Virus record (IMG/VR): IMGVR_UViG_3300032254_000005
Span: 1-60,450 of that record
From: a virus
Lineage: Duplodnaviria; Caudoviricetes
DNA: 60,450 nucleotides
Strand: one strand, 5' to 3'
Of this stretch, positions 10,626 to 20,900 are shown one piece after another (position 1 is the stretch's first letter; every line of letters starts with the position of its first letter). The notes under the pieces are model-generated. The model searched no databases, had not been told where the DNA came from, and was given only the letters and a program-made list of their open reading frames with translations. Made by a program: the position numbers and the translations under genes.

Positions 10626-13228
10626 TGGAGTTAGAGCAAGCCCTTGAAGCCCTCCGCAATGCGTCTGATGCAGCTGATCGAGGCGTTCCAGGCGCGGCAA
10701 ACGATGCCAGAGAACTGGCGCGAATAGTGCAACAAATTCAGCGTGACGGGCCATCGTCTCGGCCCGGCAACATGGCGCAACTGAATCGCGGCATCGCTGA
10801 AAGCGTCGGGGGGTTGGTCGATTTCGTGAACCCGTTCAACGATCCTGCATGGGAGGGAACGGCGCTTCAAACAGGCTCAGCAACGGAAGGCATCACAAAT
10901 GCCATGGAGGCCGCAAACATAGCGGTTACGCGCGAACAGCCAGATGGGTTTATTCAGGGCGCTTTTCGTGGCGCAGGGCAGGCCGCAGGCGGCGCAATCC
11001 CGGCAGCGGCAGCCGCACGTGGCCTGTCGGCTGCGCCAGTTATCGGGCAATTCGCGGACGATGTTTTTAGCAGCTTGGCAACACGCGGTGGGCTTGCCGC
11101 AGAAGTTACTGCGGGTGGGGCATCTGGCGGCGCGGCAGAGCAGGCGGAGCAAATGGGCGCGCCGCCATGGATTCAGAATACCGCCGCTGTTGTGGCCCCG
11201 CTTGGCATTGCGGCAGTTCCTTCCGTCGCGCGTCAAACGGCCCGCGTTGTGCCGTCAGTAGTTGGCGCTAATGCGCTCCGCAACAGGCTTCAAGCCACCC
11301 TTGCGCCATATACGCGCGGCGGCTCATACGAAGTTGCGCGAACCAGAATGCAGGATCTGGCAGGCGGCGAAGAAAGGGCGCGAGAACTTGGGCAGCTAGT
11401 CACACGTGATAACGAATTTGGTCTTTCCCCGGCGCAACAAACCGGTGACCCCAACATGCTTGCGATAGAACAGACAGCGGCGTCGCAAAACCCTGTCTTG
11501 CGCGAACGTCTTGACGCTCAGTTGCAAGAAAGCTCCGACCGTGCTCTGGGCGCTATCCAGGATATGGGCGGCGATTTCGAGGCAACCCGCAGATTCTTCA
11601 CAAATATGCGGGCGCAATTCGGCGAAACCTTAGCGGAACGTGTGCGGGGAGCTTCCGAAGCCGCGAACGCACGTCTTGAAAAACTTGGCCCGCGTCGCGC
11701 TGAAAGTGATAATGGTGCGTTTGTCACAGAAGAAATCAGAGTTGCGCGTGCCAATGCCATGGCAGAGGAAAGCAAGCTCTGGGAAGCCATACCGGAGATG
11801 GTTCAGGTTGACACCAGAACATCTAGGGAAACTGCGCAGCGGGTAATTTCTGAGACATCGCGTGCGCAGCAAGCAGACATCCCGCTTGTTTTGCGCAGGC
11901 TGTTGGCAGAGGGCGGGGAGTTTGGCGACAGCGAAACAATCAGGGAAATGCACGGACTCTACTCTGAGTTACGAAGGCTTTCTCGCGTGTTCCGGGCAGG
12001 GCAGGCCCCTAATACAAATGCCGCCCGCATCGCCGACACTGTTGCGGAGGCGTTGTTGCGTGATATGGGGGCAATTGATGGCACAACGCAAATCGGCCAA
12101 CAGATAAATGAGGCGCGGGCCTTTAGCTCTGCTTTGCACGAAACATTTGACCGGGGCGCTGTCGGTCGGATTTTGCGGCGCACGGCTGATGGCGATACTG
12201 CGACAGACCCAGAACTATCGCTTAGCCGCACTGTTGGCCGCGCAGGCACGCAAGCGTCAGTCGCCGCAAGGCAGATAGAAATCGCGGCACCAGCGGCGGA
12301 GCCTGCAATTCGTGATTTCATCATGCGGCGATTTACTGAAAGCGCGATTTCCCCAACGGGGGAGTTTACCCGCGCGTCAGCACACAGATTCATTCGTGAT
12401 AATTCAGAATTATTGCAGAGATACCCGGATTTGCGCGATGACATTACAGGTGCGGTAGGAAAGCGGGACGCGGCTGATTTGCTAGCGGCCAGAGCATCTG
12501 ATAGGATTGCCGAGGTTAGTGGGGCAAGAACAAATGCGGCTGCTGGTTTCATAAATGGGCAGAGGGAAACGGCGATACGGTCGATCATCGACGCGCCGAA
12601 CCCGATGCAGGCGGCACGGCGCATTGCACTCGAGGCCCGGCGCGACACGTCTGGGGAGGCTTTGGCTGGCGTTAAAGGCGTTTTTTCTGATGAATTAATC
12701 CGCCGCGCACTCAGGACTGATGGCGGAAGCCAGTTCCCAAGCGGTGATAGGCTCGTGACAAGCATGAGCGACCCGCGTTTCCAGGTCGCAATGCGCCAAG
12801 TCTTTTCAAACGATGAAATCAGTCGATTGGAAAGCATTATCGCTGCAACTGTTCGCATGGATGCCGCGCGCACTGACGCGCCGTCAATAGGACCAAGCCT
12901 TTCAGGGGCATCCGCAAACCGCGCCCTTGAGTATGTTGTTCGCGTGTTCGCGGCACGGGTTGGCGCTGAAATGGGCGGCGGTGGTGGCGGCAGCCTTCAA
13001 ACCGCGCAAATGGCATCATCTAGGGCAAGGGACATGCTTAGGAGCCTGACCGCTGACAGGGCATCGCAATTGCTTGCAGACGCTGTTGAAGATCCTGAGC
13101 TTTTCCGCGCGCTTCTAACCGACACGGCAAGCGGGGCATTCGAGCAAAGAGTGGTCCCGAGACTCCTGCCATACCTTACCGGGGTGGCCGTATCGACGGC
13201 TACAGAAGAACGCACAGGTCCGCAATAA
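10625..13228 (+). CDS. Large ejection protein (gp16-like position)
   Basis: 867 aa helical protein, last gene before tail appendage genes. Confidence 0.65.
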   Translation: MELEQALEALRNASDAADRGVPGAANDARELARIVQQIQRDGPSSRPGNMAQLNRGIAESVGGLVDFVNPFNDPAWEGTALQTGSATEGITNAMEAANIAVTREQPDGFIQGAFRGAGQAAGGAIPAAAAARGLSAAPVIGQFADDVFSSLATRGGLAAEVTAGGASGGAAEQAEQMGAPPWIQNTAAVVAPLGIAAVPSVARQTARVVPSVVGANALRNRLQATLAPYTRGGSYEVARTRMQDLAGGEERARELGQLVTRDNEFGLSPAQQTGDPNMLAIEQTAASQNPVLRERLDAQLQESSDRALGAIQDMGGDFEATRRFFTNMRAQFGETLAERVRGASEAANARLEKLGPRRAESDNGAFVTEEIRVARANAMAEESKLWEAIPEMVQVDTRTSRETAQRVISETSRAQQADIPLVLRRLLAEGGEFGDSETIREMHGLYSELRRLSRVFRAGQAPNTNAARIADTVAEALLRDMGAIDGTTQIGQQINEARAFSSALHETFDRGAVGRILRRTADGDTATDPELSLSRTVGRAGTQASVAARQIEIAAPAAEPAIRDFIMRRFTESAISPTGEFTRASAHRFIRDNSELLQRYPDLRDDITGAVGKRDAADLLAARASDRIAEVSGARTNAAAGFINGQRETAIRSIIDAPNPMQAARRIALEARRDTSGEALAGVKGVFSDELIRRALRTDGGSQFPSGDRLVTSMSDPRFQVAMRQVFSNDEISRLESIIAATVRMDAARTDAPSIGPSLSGASANRALEYVVRVFAARVGAEMGGGGGGSLQTAQMASSRARDMLRSLTADRASQLLADAVEDPELFRALLTDTASGAFEQRVVPRLLPYLTGVAVSTATEERTGPQ

Positions 13229-13255
13229 TCCGACGCATACCCAAACCAACCGACG

Positions 13256-13278
13256 CCGCCCCAATGGGCGGTTTTTTT
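13256..13278 (+). terminator. Rho-independent terminator
   Basis: ccgccc-caat-gggcgg followed by T7. Confidence 0.8.
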
Positions 13279-13291
13279 ATGGGAAACCCTC

Positions 13292-14359
13292 ATGGCAAAC
13301 CAACTAAACCACAACCCAATTCGGGCCGTGGATGGCAACGGAAACCCGGTATCTGGCGCGCTGGCCCGGTTCTATAACGTGAACACGGTGACAGAGCAAA
13401 CGGTTTACTCAGACTCGGCGCTTTCGGCTGTTCACGCGCAACCGCTTGTGGCTGACAGCAGCGGCGTATTCCCACAAGTGTTCACGGCGGGCGCGGTGCA
13501 AACCAAGGTCAACGTAACAGACAGCAGCGGCGTGACCCTTCCCGGCTTTCCGTTAGATCCAGCCAATTCCATTCCCCTTTCAACATCTGGCGCGTCAGCT
13601 ATTTCATTTTCGCCCCCCCCTTGGTCATCCTCAACCACAGTGCAAGACGCCATCGAGGAGGTTCACACCAAGAGCCTGCAAAACGTTGTCGAGGACACGA
13701 CGCCGCAACTCGGTGGCATTCTGGACACGAACAGCAAGCAAGTCCGCTGGTCCAAAGGCGCGGATGTGGCTTCCGCTTCTGCGCTGACGCTTGGCGATGA
13801 CGGAAACAACTTTGACGTTACCGGCACCGCGACAATCAACACGATTGCGACAAAGGGCGTGGGAACAGTTGTTGCCCTTCACTTTGACGGCGCGGCGGTT
13901 CTGGCCAGCAACCCGCCATTTATCGTTGTTCCGACAACCGCGAACATTACCGCAGAAGCGGGCGATATCGCCGTTCTCCAAGAGTATTCCGCTGGCAGTT
14001 GGCGGGTGATTTCATATCAACGAAATAACGGTAGGCCGCTGTATCAGGGGGTATATGTGCAGGCACAATGCGTTCTGAATGGAACCGGAACGCCATCTGT
14101 GAGCGGAGATTTCAACATCGCCAGCGTTACAGACAATGGGACCGGCGACTACACGCTGAACTTCACGACCGCGATGAGCAGCGCCAATTACAATGTTCAA
14201 ATCACACTTGGGCCGCGATCAGATAGCCGGTCCGTTTTTGGGTTTGTTGGAACGCGGGCAACCGGGAGTGTGCAAATTATCGTTCTAAGCAACGTTTCAG
14301 AGAGTTCCACACCAGCGGCCTACGACCACGACGAAATCCACGTCGCCGTAATTGCATAA
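13292..14359 (+). CDS. Tail fibre/adaptor with head-binding N-terminus
   Basis: N-terminal DGNG.P.SGA..FY...T...VYSD...P..AD.SG; C-terminal N..SVTDNGTGDYT.NF.TAM fibre motif. Confidence 0.75.
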   Translation: MANQLNHNPIRAVDGNGNPVSGALARFYNVNTVTEQTVYSDSALSAVHAQPLVADSSGVFPQVFTAGAVQTKVNVTDSSGVTLPGFPLDPANSIPLSTSGASAISFSPPPWSSSTTVQDAIEEVHTKSLQNVVEDTTPQLGGILDTNSKQVRWSKGADVASASALTLGDDGNNFDVTGTATINTIATKGVGTVVALHFDGAAVLASNPPFIVVPTTANITAEAGDIAVLQEYSAGSWRVISYQRNNGRPLYQGVYVQAQCVLNGTGTPSVSGDFNIASVTDNGTGDYTLNFTTAMSSANYNVQITLGPRSDSRSVFGFVGTRATGSVQIIVLSNVSESSTPAAYDHDEIHVAVIA

Positions 14360-14376
14360 ATAACAAGGATACCGCC

Positions 14377-16305
14377 ATGGGTCTTATTCAGCAGCGCGAA
14401 ACGTGGTCAGCCACGCGCAAGAAAATCAACCAGACCAACCGCATCACATATGCAGAGTTTATTGCAAACACTGATTTCACATATACCGCCGGTAGTGTTG
14501 GTTCAGTCACGGCTGGGGATATATTCAGGCTTGCGGATGGGTCATCTTGGGAAGTTGCCGCATCTGGCGCAAGCGATCAGCATCTGACGGTCAACGGCGT
14601 CAAATGGTATGAGGCGGGCCTAAATTTCAGCACACGCGCCCGCATGGTTGCGGCCAAGGCACGGATGGACGCAGCGGGCGAGACCGTAGCAGATGGAGTA
14701 ATATGGACGGCTACGGGCTTCCGATATAGAGCATCCGCTGGGGCAACGACGATCAGCGACATGGCTGGCTGGCTGGCGGTGGCACCGGTCTATCTTGAAC
14801 ACTACGGCGTTGTAACATCGGCCTCTGCGGCTGGGGCGTCTACGGATTACTCCACTGAATTGCAAGCCGCGTTGGATGCCACGTCCGGCGATCTGCATTG
14901 CACGGGATGGGCATATACTTCGAGTGGTCTTTCGTGGCCAGATTATTGCGGCTTTAAGATCGTAGGGGATATAGAGTCGGGTGGCATCGTTACTGACAGC
15001 GCAATCGGCACAGCAACCAACCTCGTGGATTTCGGAACCGGTCTTGGTCCGTCGATTGATAGTCTGCACCTGTGGTTCAGGCAAGCAGCCGGTATCACCC
15101 TGCGGGCGCAATTGTATGACCATCTACCTCTGGTATCCTTCGATGACGCATCGCGCGGCAACATTCGCCACCTGCGCATAAGCCAGGCATCAAAAGGTAT
15201 CACGGCTCAAGATGGCGTTGGTGGCTCAAATCCCGGCGGCTGGAAAGTCCAAGTTGCAGAAATCGGAGCGTTTGAATCGCCGTTTGTGACGGATGGCGGG
15301 CTGGACTTCATCAAGATCGACAATGTTCACATCTGGCCATTTGGGATTTCATCTGACGCTGATCTTATGGCGATTTGGTCTGACGGTGCAGCGACTGGCA
15401 GCCAGATTATTTCCGCCGATGGCTTAATGATCGACACGTTTTCAACATTCAAAACGCCTGTTGAAGTTGGCGAAGCAGCAAGCGCAACTATCTTGCCGTT
15501 TATTCTTGGACTGCAACTTGACGGTGACGCATCACGGCTGATCTTCAAGGGTGGGCGAAGTGTTATCAGCGCACTTTATTCCACAAAGAATACCCCATCA
15601 GCCACGACAATCGTTGTGGAGGGAGGGACGCACCATCTGAATATGCCGCACCTTATCGGCGGTGAGGACAACATGATTGAAGTTCAGAGCGGGGCAGAAC
15701 TCAACGTAAATGGCGGGTACTTGCGCCAGCATCTGAGTGCCAATAAGCGCGGGGGCGTGGTCAAGTCTGGCGGCAAGCTGCGCTTCAAGGGGGCGCATTT
15801 CGATTTCCCGACCGGCGCTGGCACCGTGCCATTTGTCGAACAGGAATCGGGCGGCATTCTGGTTGTCGATGGCTGCTCTGTTATCCTTGGAAACGCCACG
15901 CCTCGGTCTGAGGTTGTTAAATTCAACAGCGATGTGGTCGGCAACTATGTGGATATTGACCAGCTTAAGCCGCATGGGGTGACTTATCCAGCCAACAGCT
16001 TGCAAGGCATATATCGGCGTCAAGGTGGCGTTCTTGGCGCAACCCCCGCGATCACCGGAAATGTAGACGGCATAGAAACCGGAACGATCCATTACACAGG
16101 CGACATCTCGGAAGCGACCGCTGTTTCGTGGAATTTGCCAGCTTTGGGTGGCACCGATACGCGCGCGTGGGTTTGCCACACATACGGCCAAGCCGCTCGG
16201 ACGGTTCAGCAGGCGACGGAGATATTGGGTGTAGGCACTACGCGAGGGCGCACGTTCATACGTGTCAGGCAGGCGTCCACTTGGTATTCGTGGGTGGAAC
16301 TGTGA
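14377..16305 (+). CDS. Tailspike / receptor-binding protein 1 (beta-helix-like)
   Basis: AAGGA RBS; beta-rich repeats; core shared with 49324..51984; C-terminal RTFIRV...W.SW motif. Confidence 0.8.
   Translation: MGLIQQRETWSATRKKINQTNRITYAEFIANTDFTYTAGSVGSVTAGDIFRLADGSSWEVAASGASDQHLTVNGVKWYEAGLNFSTRARMVAAKARMDAAGETVADGVIWTATGFRYRASAGATTISDMAGWLAVAPVYLEHYGVVTSASAAGASTDYSTELQAALDATSGDLHCTGWAYTSSGLSWPDYCGFKIVGDIESGGIVTDSAIGTATNLVDFGTGLGPSIDSLHLWFRQAAGITLRAQLYDHLPLVSFDDASRGNIRHLRISQASKGITAQDGVGGSNPGGWKVQVAEIGAFESPFVTDGGLDFIKIDNVHIWPFGISSDADLMAIWSDGAATGSQIISADGLMIDTFSTFKTPVEVGEAASATILPFILGLQLDGDASRLIFKGGRSVISALYSTKNTPSATTIVVEGGTHHLNMPHLIGGEDNMIEVQSGAELNVNGGYLRQHLSANKRGGVVKSGGKLRFKGAHFDFPTGAGTVPFVEQESGGILVVDGCSVILGNATPRSEVVKFNSDVVGNYVDIDQLKPHGVTYPANSLQGIYRRQGGVLGATPAITGNVDGIETGTIHYTGDISEATAVSWNLPALGGTDTRAWVCHTYGQAARTVQQATEILGVGTTRGRTFIRVRQASTWYSWVEL
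14596..15950 (+). repeat. Long direct repeat, copy 1 (tailspike core)
   Basis: Matches 50035-51389 at a constant offset of 35,439; identical by eye over 14677-15128, diverging towards the 3' end. Confidence 0.97.
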
Positions 16306-16327
16306 TGCCCGTCCATACCCAAGGAAA

Positions 16328-16377
16328 AGCGGGGGCGTCGTGATACCTCTTCGCAAAACCGCCGAAATGTTCATGGC
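16328..16377 (+). repeat. 50-bp direct repeat, copy 1
   Basis: agcgggggcgtcgtgatacctcttcgcaaaaccgccgaaatgttcatggc; 47/50 identical to 52021-52070. Confidence 0.95.
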
Positions 16378-16411
16378 CCTTTTTTTGGGGTGGAAAGGCA
16401 TAAAGCAATGA
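16340..16411 (+). pseudogene. 5' remnant of the membrane-protein gene at 52033
   Basis: VIPLRKTAEMFMAL vs MIPLRKTAEIIMAL; its stop overlaps the amidase ATG (ATGA). Confidence 0.7.
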
Positions 16412-17253
16412 AGCTTGCAATTGTAATAGGGCACAATAGCGCCAGTCAGGGCGCGGTGCGACAGGACACCGGCGAAAGTGAATTCGTTTGGAATGGGCGG
16501 CTAGCACGGCGCATAGAGCGCCTGGCGGGCGACTATGGCATCCAGGTGCGCACGTTCTTCCGCACGCCGGGCGGCGGATACTCGACCGAGATCAGGCGCG
16601 TCTATGCCGAGGTGGACGCCTGGGGCGCGGATGCGAGTGTTGAGCTGCACTTTAACGGTGCAAGCTCGGCCGAAGCGACCGGCACCGAAACCCTATCGAG
16701 CGGCACCGCGTTGTCCCTTCGCCTGGCCGAAAGCGTGCAACGCGAGATGGTGCTGGCGTTGGGCCTTCGGGATCGCGGGATCAAGACGCGCTCCAGCTCG
16801 GATAGAGGCGGCATGTCGCTGATCTCCGGCCGGGCTCCGGCGATCCTGGTCGAGCCCTTCTTCGGCAGCTCGCCGGTGGGCAACCGGGCAACCGACGAGG
16901 AGACGGAACAGGAGCGCCTGGCGGATGCGATCCTGCGCGGCACGGCCGAGGCGTTCCAGAGCTTTCCGCGCTCGACCCTGACCGGAAGCCGGACGATCCG
17001 CGCGGCCGAGACGCAGCGCACAGCCCAGGCGGTGCAGGGCCAGGCGGGCATTGCCGCCGGTGTCGCCGCTGCCGCGACCCAGGCGCGCGAACAGATCGAG
17101 GCGATCCCGGCCGTGGGTGGCCTGGCCGACTGGCTTCCCTGGGTGGCGCTGGGCCTGATCGGGGTAGTGCTGGCCGCGACCGTGGTGCAGCGCGTCATGT
17201 CCGACCGGATCGAGGAGGCTCGGGTTGACGATCACGAACGGGGCATCCGGTGA
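16408..17253 (+). CDS. Endolysin, N-acetylmuramoyl-L-alanine amidase (Amidase_3) with C-terminal TM helix
   Basis: IVIGH, E, SVELHFN, ILVEPFF zinc motifs; hydrophobic WLPWVALGLIGVVLAA. Confidence 0.9.
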   Translation: MKLAIVIGHNSASQGAVRQDTGESEFVWNGRLARRIERLAGDYGIQVRTFFRTPGGGYSTEIRRVYAEVDAWGADASVELHFNGASSAEATGTETLSSGTALSLRLAESVQREMVLALGLRDRGIKTRSSSDRGGMSLISGRAPAILVEPFFGSSPVGNRATDEETEQERLADAILRGTAEAFQSFPRSTLTGSRTIRAAETQRTAQAVQGQAGIAAGVAAAATQAREQIEAIPAVGGLADWLPWVALGLIGVVLAATVVQRVMSDRIEEARVDDHERGIR

Positions 17254-17468
17254 TCTGGGGCTGGATGCGCAAGCTCTGGCCGTTGATCTTGGGGGCTATG
17301 GGCATCGCTGCCCTGATGCTGACCGGGCGGCGCAATGGGCGACTTGAAGAACGAGTGGATCGCGCCCAAGCGCGCGACGAGGTAAAGGAAAGGATGCGGG
17401 ATGCGGTGGCAAACACTAGGACTGACCGGGATGGTGTTGTTGAGCGGTTGCGTGGCGGCCGTTTCTAA
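17250..17468 (+). CDS. Putative i-spanin (Rz-like)
   Basis: N-terminal TM then charged helix; overlaps a lipoprotein gene. Confidence 0.6.
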   Translation: MIWGWMRKLWPLILGAMGIAALMLTGRRNGRLEERVDRAQARDEVKERMRDAVANTRTDRDGVVERLRGGRF

Positions 17469-17619
17469 CGTCTGTCCGACGATCTTCGACTACTCGCAAG
17501 AGGTGCAGGACCAAGTGGCCAACGAGCTGCAAGCCCTGCCGGAAGGGTCGGCGCTGTCTGTAATGATTGGACACTACGGCGTCGTGCGGAACGAAATACG
17601 AGCGTGCCGGGGACAGTAA
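17401..17619 (+). CDS. Putative o-spanin lipoprotein (Rz1-like)
   Basis: Lipobox LLSGC; overlaps the i-spanin; start uncertain. Confidence 0.65.
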   Translation: MRWQTLGLTGMVLLSGCVAAVSNVCPTIFDYSQEVQDQVANELQALPEGSALSVMIGHYGVVRNEIRACRGQ

Positions 17620-17942
17620 TGGGTGACGACTTGAAGTGGATAATCGGGCTGGGTGTTTCCCTTACCCTTGGGTGGGGATCAATACTAGCCGGGGCGTTCT
17701 GGAAATTGGTGTCGATGGTCCGCCGGGTGGAGGATGAAATGGACCGCAACTCGAAAGAGCTTCACGCGCGGATCAACAGGGTGCGTGAGGACACGGTGCA
17801 GAAGTCGGACCTTGACGGGCACCTTACGCGGCTATCCAGTGACATGCGCGATATGCGGCAAGAACAACGAGAGGCAACCAAAGACACGAACACGCGGCTC
17901 GATGCGCTTCTCTCCGCGATAGCCACTCGGCCCGGTCACTGA
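17619..17942 (+). CDS. Membrane protein (holin-like) with coiled coil
   Basis: Single N-terminal TM; in lysis cassette; TAATG overlap. Confidence 0.55.
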   Translation: MGDDLKWIIGLGVSLTLGWGSILAGAFWKLVSMVRRVEDEMDRNSKELHARINRVREDTVQKSDLDGHLTRLSSDMRDMRQEQREATKDTNTRLDALLSAIATRPGH

Positions 17943-18196
17943 CCCAGCCGCTTCTTGCGCTCCCGATCTTCGGCCAAGATCATATCCACGCGAGTGGCGA
18001 CCTCTCCGATCATGCCCTCTCCAGGTGTTCCCTTTGCCCCCCGATGTTTGCGCCATATCTTAAGCAACTGCATCACGCTCTTGCCTTGGCGGGCCAGCAG
18101 GTTGTTGTAGGTTACGCGGCACTCCTTGCCGCAGTAGGTGCGTCCCTTGGCCGTGGCGCGGCCGCAGAAGTCGCAGGAGCCGCGTATAAGCGGCAT
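17936..18196 (-). CDS. Small zinc-finger protein
   Basis: CDFC...YCGKEC; GGAG upstream. Confidence 0.65.
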   Translation of the reverse strand: MPLIRGSCDFCGRATAKGRTYCGKECRVTYNNLLARQGKSVMQLLKIWRKHRGAKGTPGEGMIGEVATRVDMILAEDRERKKRLGQ

Positions 18197-18288
18197 AGTT
18201 GCTTTTTTGCTCCATTGGTGTCCGAGACATGGCGACCCCTCTCAGCGGTTAATACAGCGGGCGCAAGTCACTTGCGCCCGCCCTGGTG

Positions 18289-18576
18289 TTACTCGTCCAG
18301 CCAATCGAGATGGACTTCCTTCGCCTTTGACGGCTCCGGCGGTTCATAGACGGCTCGCTGGGGGCCGAAAACGGCCACCTTCGCCTTGGAGCGCACCGCC
18401 TTCTGGCTCGCGCGGGCCTTGGCGTTGGCCTCGGCGTCCGGCCCCTGGAACACCTCGATGTTGTTCCGCGTCTCCGTCTGGTGAAACACGATGAACACAG
18501 CTTGCGTCACGTCGATTGCAGCAAAGGCGTTGTCGTCGTCATTCTCGGGCTTCTTGGTGGTCTTGTCGTCAGCCAT
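18289..18576 (-). CDS. Hypothetical protein
   Basis: AAGGAG RBS; in leftward operon; followed by hairpin gggcgcaag-tca-cttgcgccc. Confidence 0.65.
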   Translation of the reverse strand: MADDKTTKKPENDDDNAFAAIDVTQAVFIVFHQTETRNNIEVFQGPDAEANAKARASQKAVRSKAKVAVFGPQRAVYEPPEPSKAKEVHLDWLDE

Positions 18577-19024
18577 TGGGTTCTCCTTTGTGGCCTGGAT
18601 GGTCAATCATGGACGGCCCACCGATCTGGCGGATCGCCTTTCGTTCGCGCTTCAAAAGCTTGGCGATAGTCTCCTTTCTCAAGGCTCGCCCGGTCGCGGC
18701 GCGGTGCGCGATCCATTCGCTCGGCGTCATGTGCGCCTTGTCGTTGTTGCACGCCTGGCACATGAGCATGAGGTTGCACGCATGGTGTGTGCCGTTGCGG
18801 CTTTGCGGGATCAGGTGATCCACCGTGGCGATGGATTGCTCGATCACGACCTCGCTCGGCTCGCGGAAGCCGCCCCAGGCTTGTTGCCAGCGGCCGACAA
18901 AGCGGCTCTGGCTTTCGAGGCCACGGAACCATACGGGCCGACCGCAGCACCTGCACCATAGCTCATCGTTCTCGACGTAGCAGCACATCATCCTGCGCCG
19001 CTTGCCGCTTATCTTTGACCACAT
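18569..19024 (-). CDS. HNH endonuclease
   Basis: C..CG, ATVDHLIP.S.NG, NL.L.C..CN..K. Confidence 0.88.
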   Translation of the reverse strand: MWSKISGKRRRMMCCYVENDELWCRCCGRPVWFRGLESQSRFVGRWQQAWGGFREPSEVVIEQSIATVDHLIPQSRNGTHHACNLMLMCQACNNDKAHMTPSEWIAHRAATGRALRKETIAKLLKRERKAIRQIGGPSMIDHPGHKGEPNG

Positions 19025-19914
19025 CAGCCCAGCTCACCACGGTTCTCGTCTGCCCGCTTGGCTGTCTCCCACAGCTCGCGCTTGATCGGCTGGAGCGCTG
19101 CCCTCTCCTCCTCGGTGGCGACCTTCTGGAAAAACGTTGTGATCTGTTCGATACCGTCGTGGGCGATCCGCCGGGCGCGATCCCACATCTCCTTGTCGGG
19201 CGTCGTGATGGTGCCGCCGCGCGCCCAGGCTGCGAGCTTCGATCCCGCCTCGGCCGTGATGTGACGGCCGGGAAGGAAGCTCATGCGGTGCTGGTCCTGG
19301 ACCTTGTGCGGCAACGTGAGATCGACCACGCCGGGCGAGCTTGGATTGAGCGTGAAGCTGGCTGTCATTTCATACATGAACCGCTTTTCCTGGATCGGGA
19401 ACCAGCCCGCGTTTTCCACGATCAACCGGCCGCGATCATCCTTCTTGCTCATGTCGATCTTCTCCTCGGCCCGCAGGCAGAAGATCAGATGCGCGCGCAC
19501 CTGGAGAAAGGCGTTCATCATCTTCTTGTGGCGCATCTTGGGGTCTTTCCATGCGCCTGGGCCTTTGACGCTGGACGCCTCGGCCATGTCCATGATCCCG
19601 CCCTGGCCGTCAAATTCGTGGCTCATGCTGTCGATCACAATCGCCTCGAACCCGGCCTTCTCTGCCGCCCTCACCGCCTCCAGGTAGCGCTCCGGCGTGA
19701 AGGGCGGCGCGAAGTCGGCGTGCTTGAAGGTGAATTGATCGGCATAGTGCAGGGCGCGGCCTGCCTCGGTGTCGATCACGGCGAACGGCTTGTCGCCGCA
19801 AATGCCTGTCGCCAGGTTCATGGCGCTGAACGTCTTGCCGCTGCCGGAGGCCCCCGCAAGGGCCACCAGCAGGTGCGTGTTGCGGCGCTCGGCCGTGTTG
19901 AAGGTGAAGCTCAT
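19024..19914 (-). CDS. AAA ATPase, Sak4-like recombination protein
   Basis: GASGSGKT, IDTE, VIDSMSHE, F.YEMT; adjacent to an exonuclease. Confidence 0.85.
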   Translation of the reverse strand: MSFTFNTAERRNTHLLVALAGASGSGKTFSAMNLATGICGDKPFAVIDTEAGRALHYADQFTFKHADFAPPFTPERYLEAVRAAEKAGFEAIVIDSMSHEFDGQGGIMDMAEASSVKGPGAWKDPKMRHKKMMNAFLQVRAHLIFCLRAEEKIDMSKKDDRGRLIVENAGWFPIQEKRFMYEMTASFTLNPSSPGVVDLTLPHKVQDQHRMSFLPGRHITAEAGSKLAAWARGGTITTPDKEMWDRARRIAHDGIEQITTFFQKVATEEERAALQPIKRELWETAKRADENRGELG

Positions 19915-20900
19915 TCGATCACGTCCTTCTCGTCACGGCTCTGGCCCTGGACGGCGGCGGGTTGCCAGCCTTCGGGTGCCTGCCAGGTGCGCATCATCTC
20001 CAGCAGATCGGTGCCTGCCGACTTGGCCGCTTCCTCGGCGTCCTTCTCCGCGATCAGATTGCGTTCGTGCCATTCGGGGCACTCCAGCTTGATCGTCTTG
20101 GAGATCATGCCGGGCCAGGTATTCTCGCGCAGGCACCGGCCCCAGATCATCAGCGCGCGCTCGCGGCGCATCAGCGCTGTCTCCAGGAACGTGCTGTCAA
20201 TCTCGGCCGTCAGCAGAAGGTGCGGCTCGGCCGTCTCCTGCACCACGAAATACTGGCGCGGCGCGGTGCCGGTCAGGAGCTTCGCGCCCTGGTGATAATG
20301 CGCGGCCGTCATGTCCCAGCCGGAATTGGCGGCAAACTTGGCGAGCGTCACCGGCGCGATATCAGTGCCGGTGGTCTTGTAGTGGATCACCACGTTCTCC
20401 TCGGGCGAGTAGAAGTCGGGGCGGCTCCGGCACATGACGCCGCTTTCCTGCCATAGCATCGTGGCTTCGCGTAGGAGCTTCACCTGGTTGTCGCGCGAGA
20501 ACAGGTGCCCGATCTCGGGATTGTCACACACCTGGTCGAGCGCCACCTTCGCCATTGCCCGCACGCGCGGCATGTTCTTCGCCAGGATCGGCGTCTTGCC
20601 ATAGGCATAGGCTTCGATCCTGGCTTCCTTCGCTTCCTTCGACCGGAAGTCGGCCGCGTCGATCTCGACAATGGGCGCTCCGGTGCCGGTGAATAGCCGG
20701 TGCGCGGCCGAGCCCAAGTCGAAGATCGTTTTCTCCTCGCTTTCGGCGTCCTTGTTGAGCCGGGGCGTGTTCTCCCAAACCTTGCGCGGCGCGGTGCCGA
20801 GGAGGTCTTTCACAAGCGAGCTGGTCAGGCTCGGCTCCGGCATCGGATCGGCCAGGTAGGTGGCAAAATCCATGCCCTCAATCAGTTGGGGTAGCTGCAT
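19911..20900 (-). CDS. PD-(D/E)XK exonuclease (RecE/Exo VIII-like)
   Basis: Y.AD, L.SS, GSAAH, CRSRPD, YKTT, FVVQE..EP. Confidence 0.82.
   Translation of the reverse strand: MQLPQLIEGMDFATYLADPMPEPSLTSSLVKDLLGTAPRKVWENTPRLNKDAESEEKTIFDLGSAAHRLFTGTGAPIVEIDAADFRSKEAKEARIEAYAYGKTPILAKNMPRVRAMAKVALDQVCDNPEIGHLFSRDNQVKLLREATMLWQESGVMCRSRPDFYSPEENVVIHYKTTGTDIAPVTLAKFAANSGWDMTAAHYHQGAKLLTGTAPRQYFVVQETAEPHLLLTAEIDSTFLETALMRRERALMIWGRCLRENTWPGMISKTIKLECPEWHERNLIAEKDAEEAAKSAGTDLLEMMRTWQAPEGWQPAAVQGQSRDEKDVIE

Noticed and set aside
11959-12873. 304-aa minus-strand ORF inside the ejection gene
   Set aside because: Ser/Ala-rich antisense shadow with no RBS or promoter, unlike 46239-46439
18787-20295. 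502-aa plus-strand ORF
   Set aside because: Shadow of the motif-bearing Sak4-like and exonuclease genes
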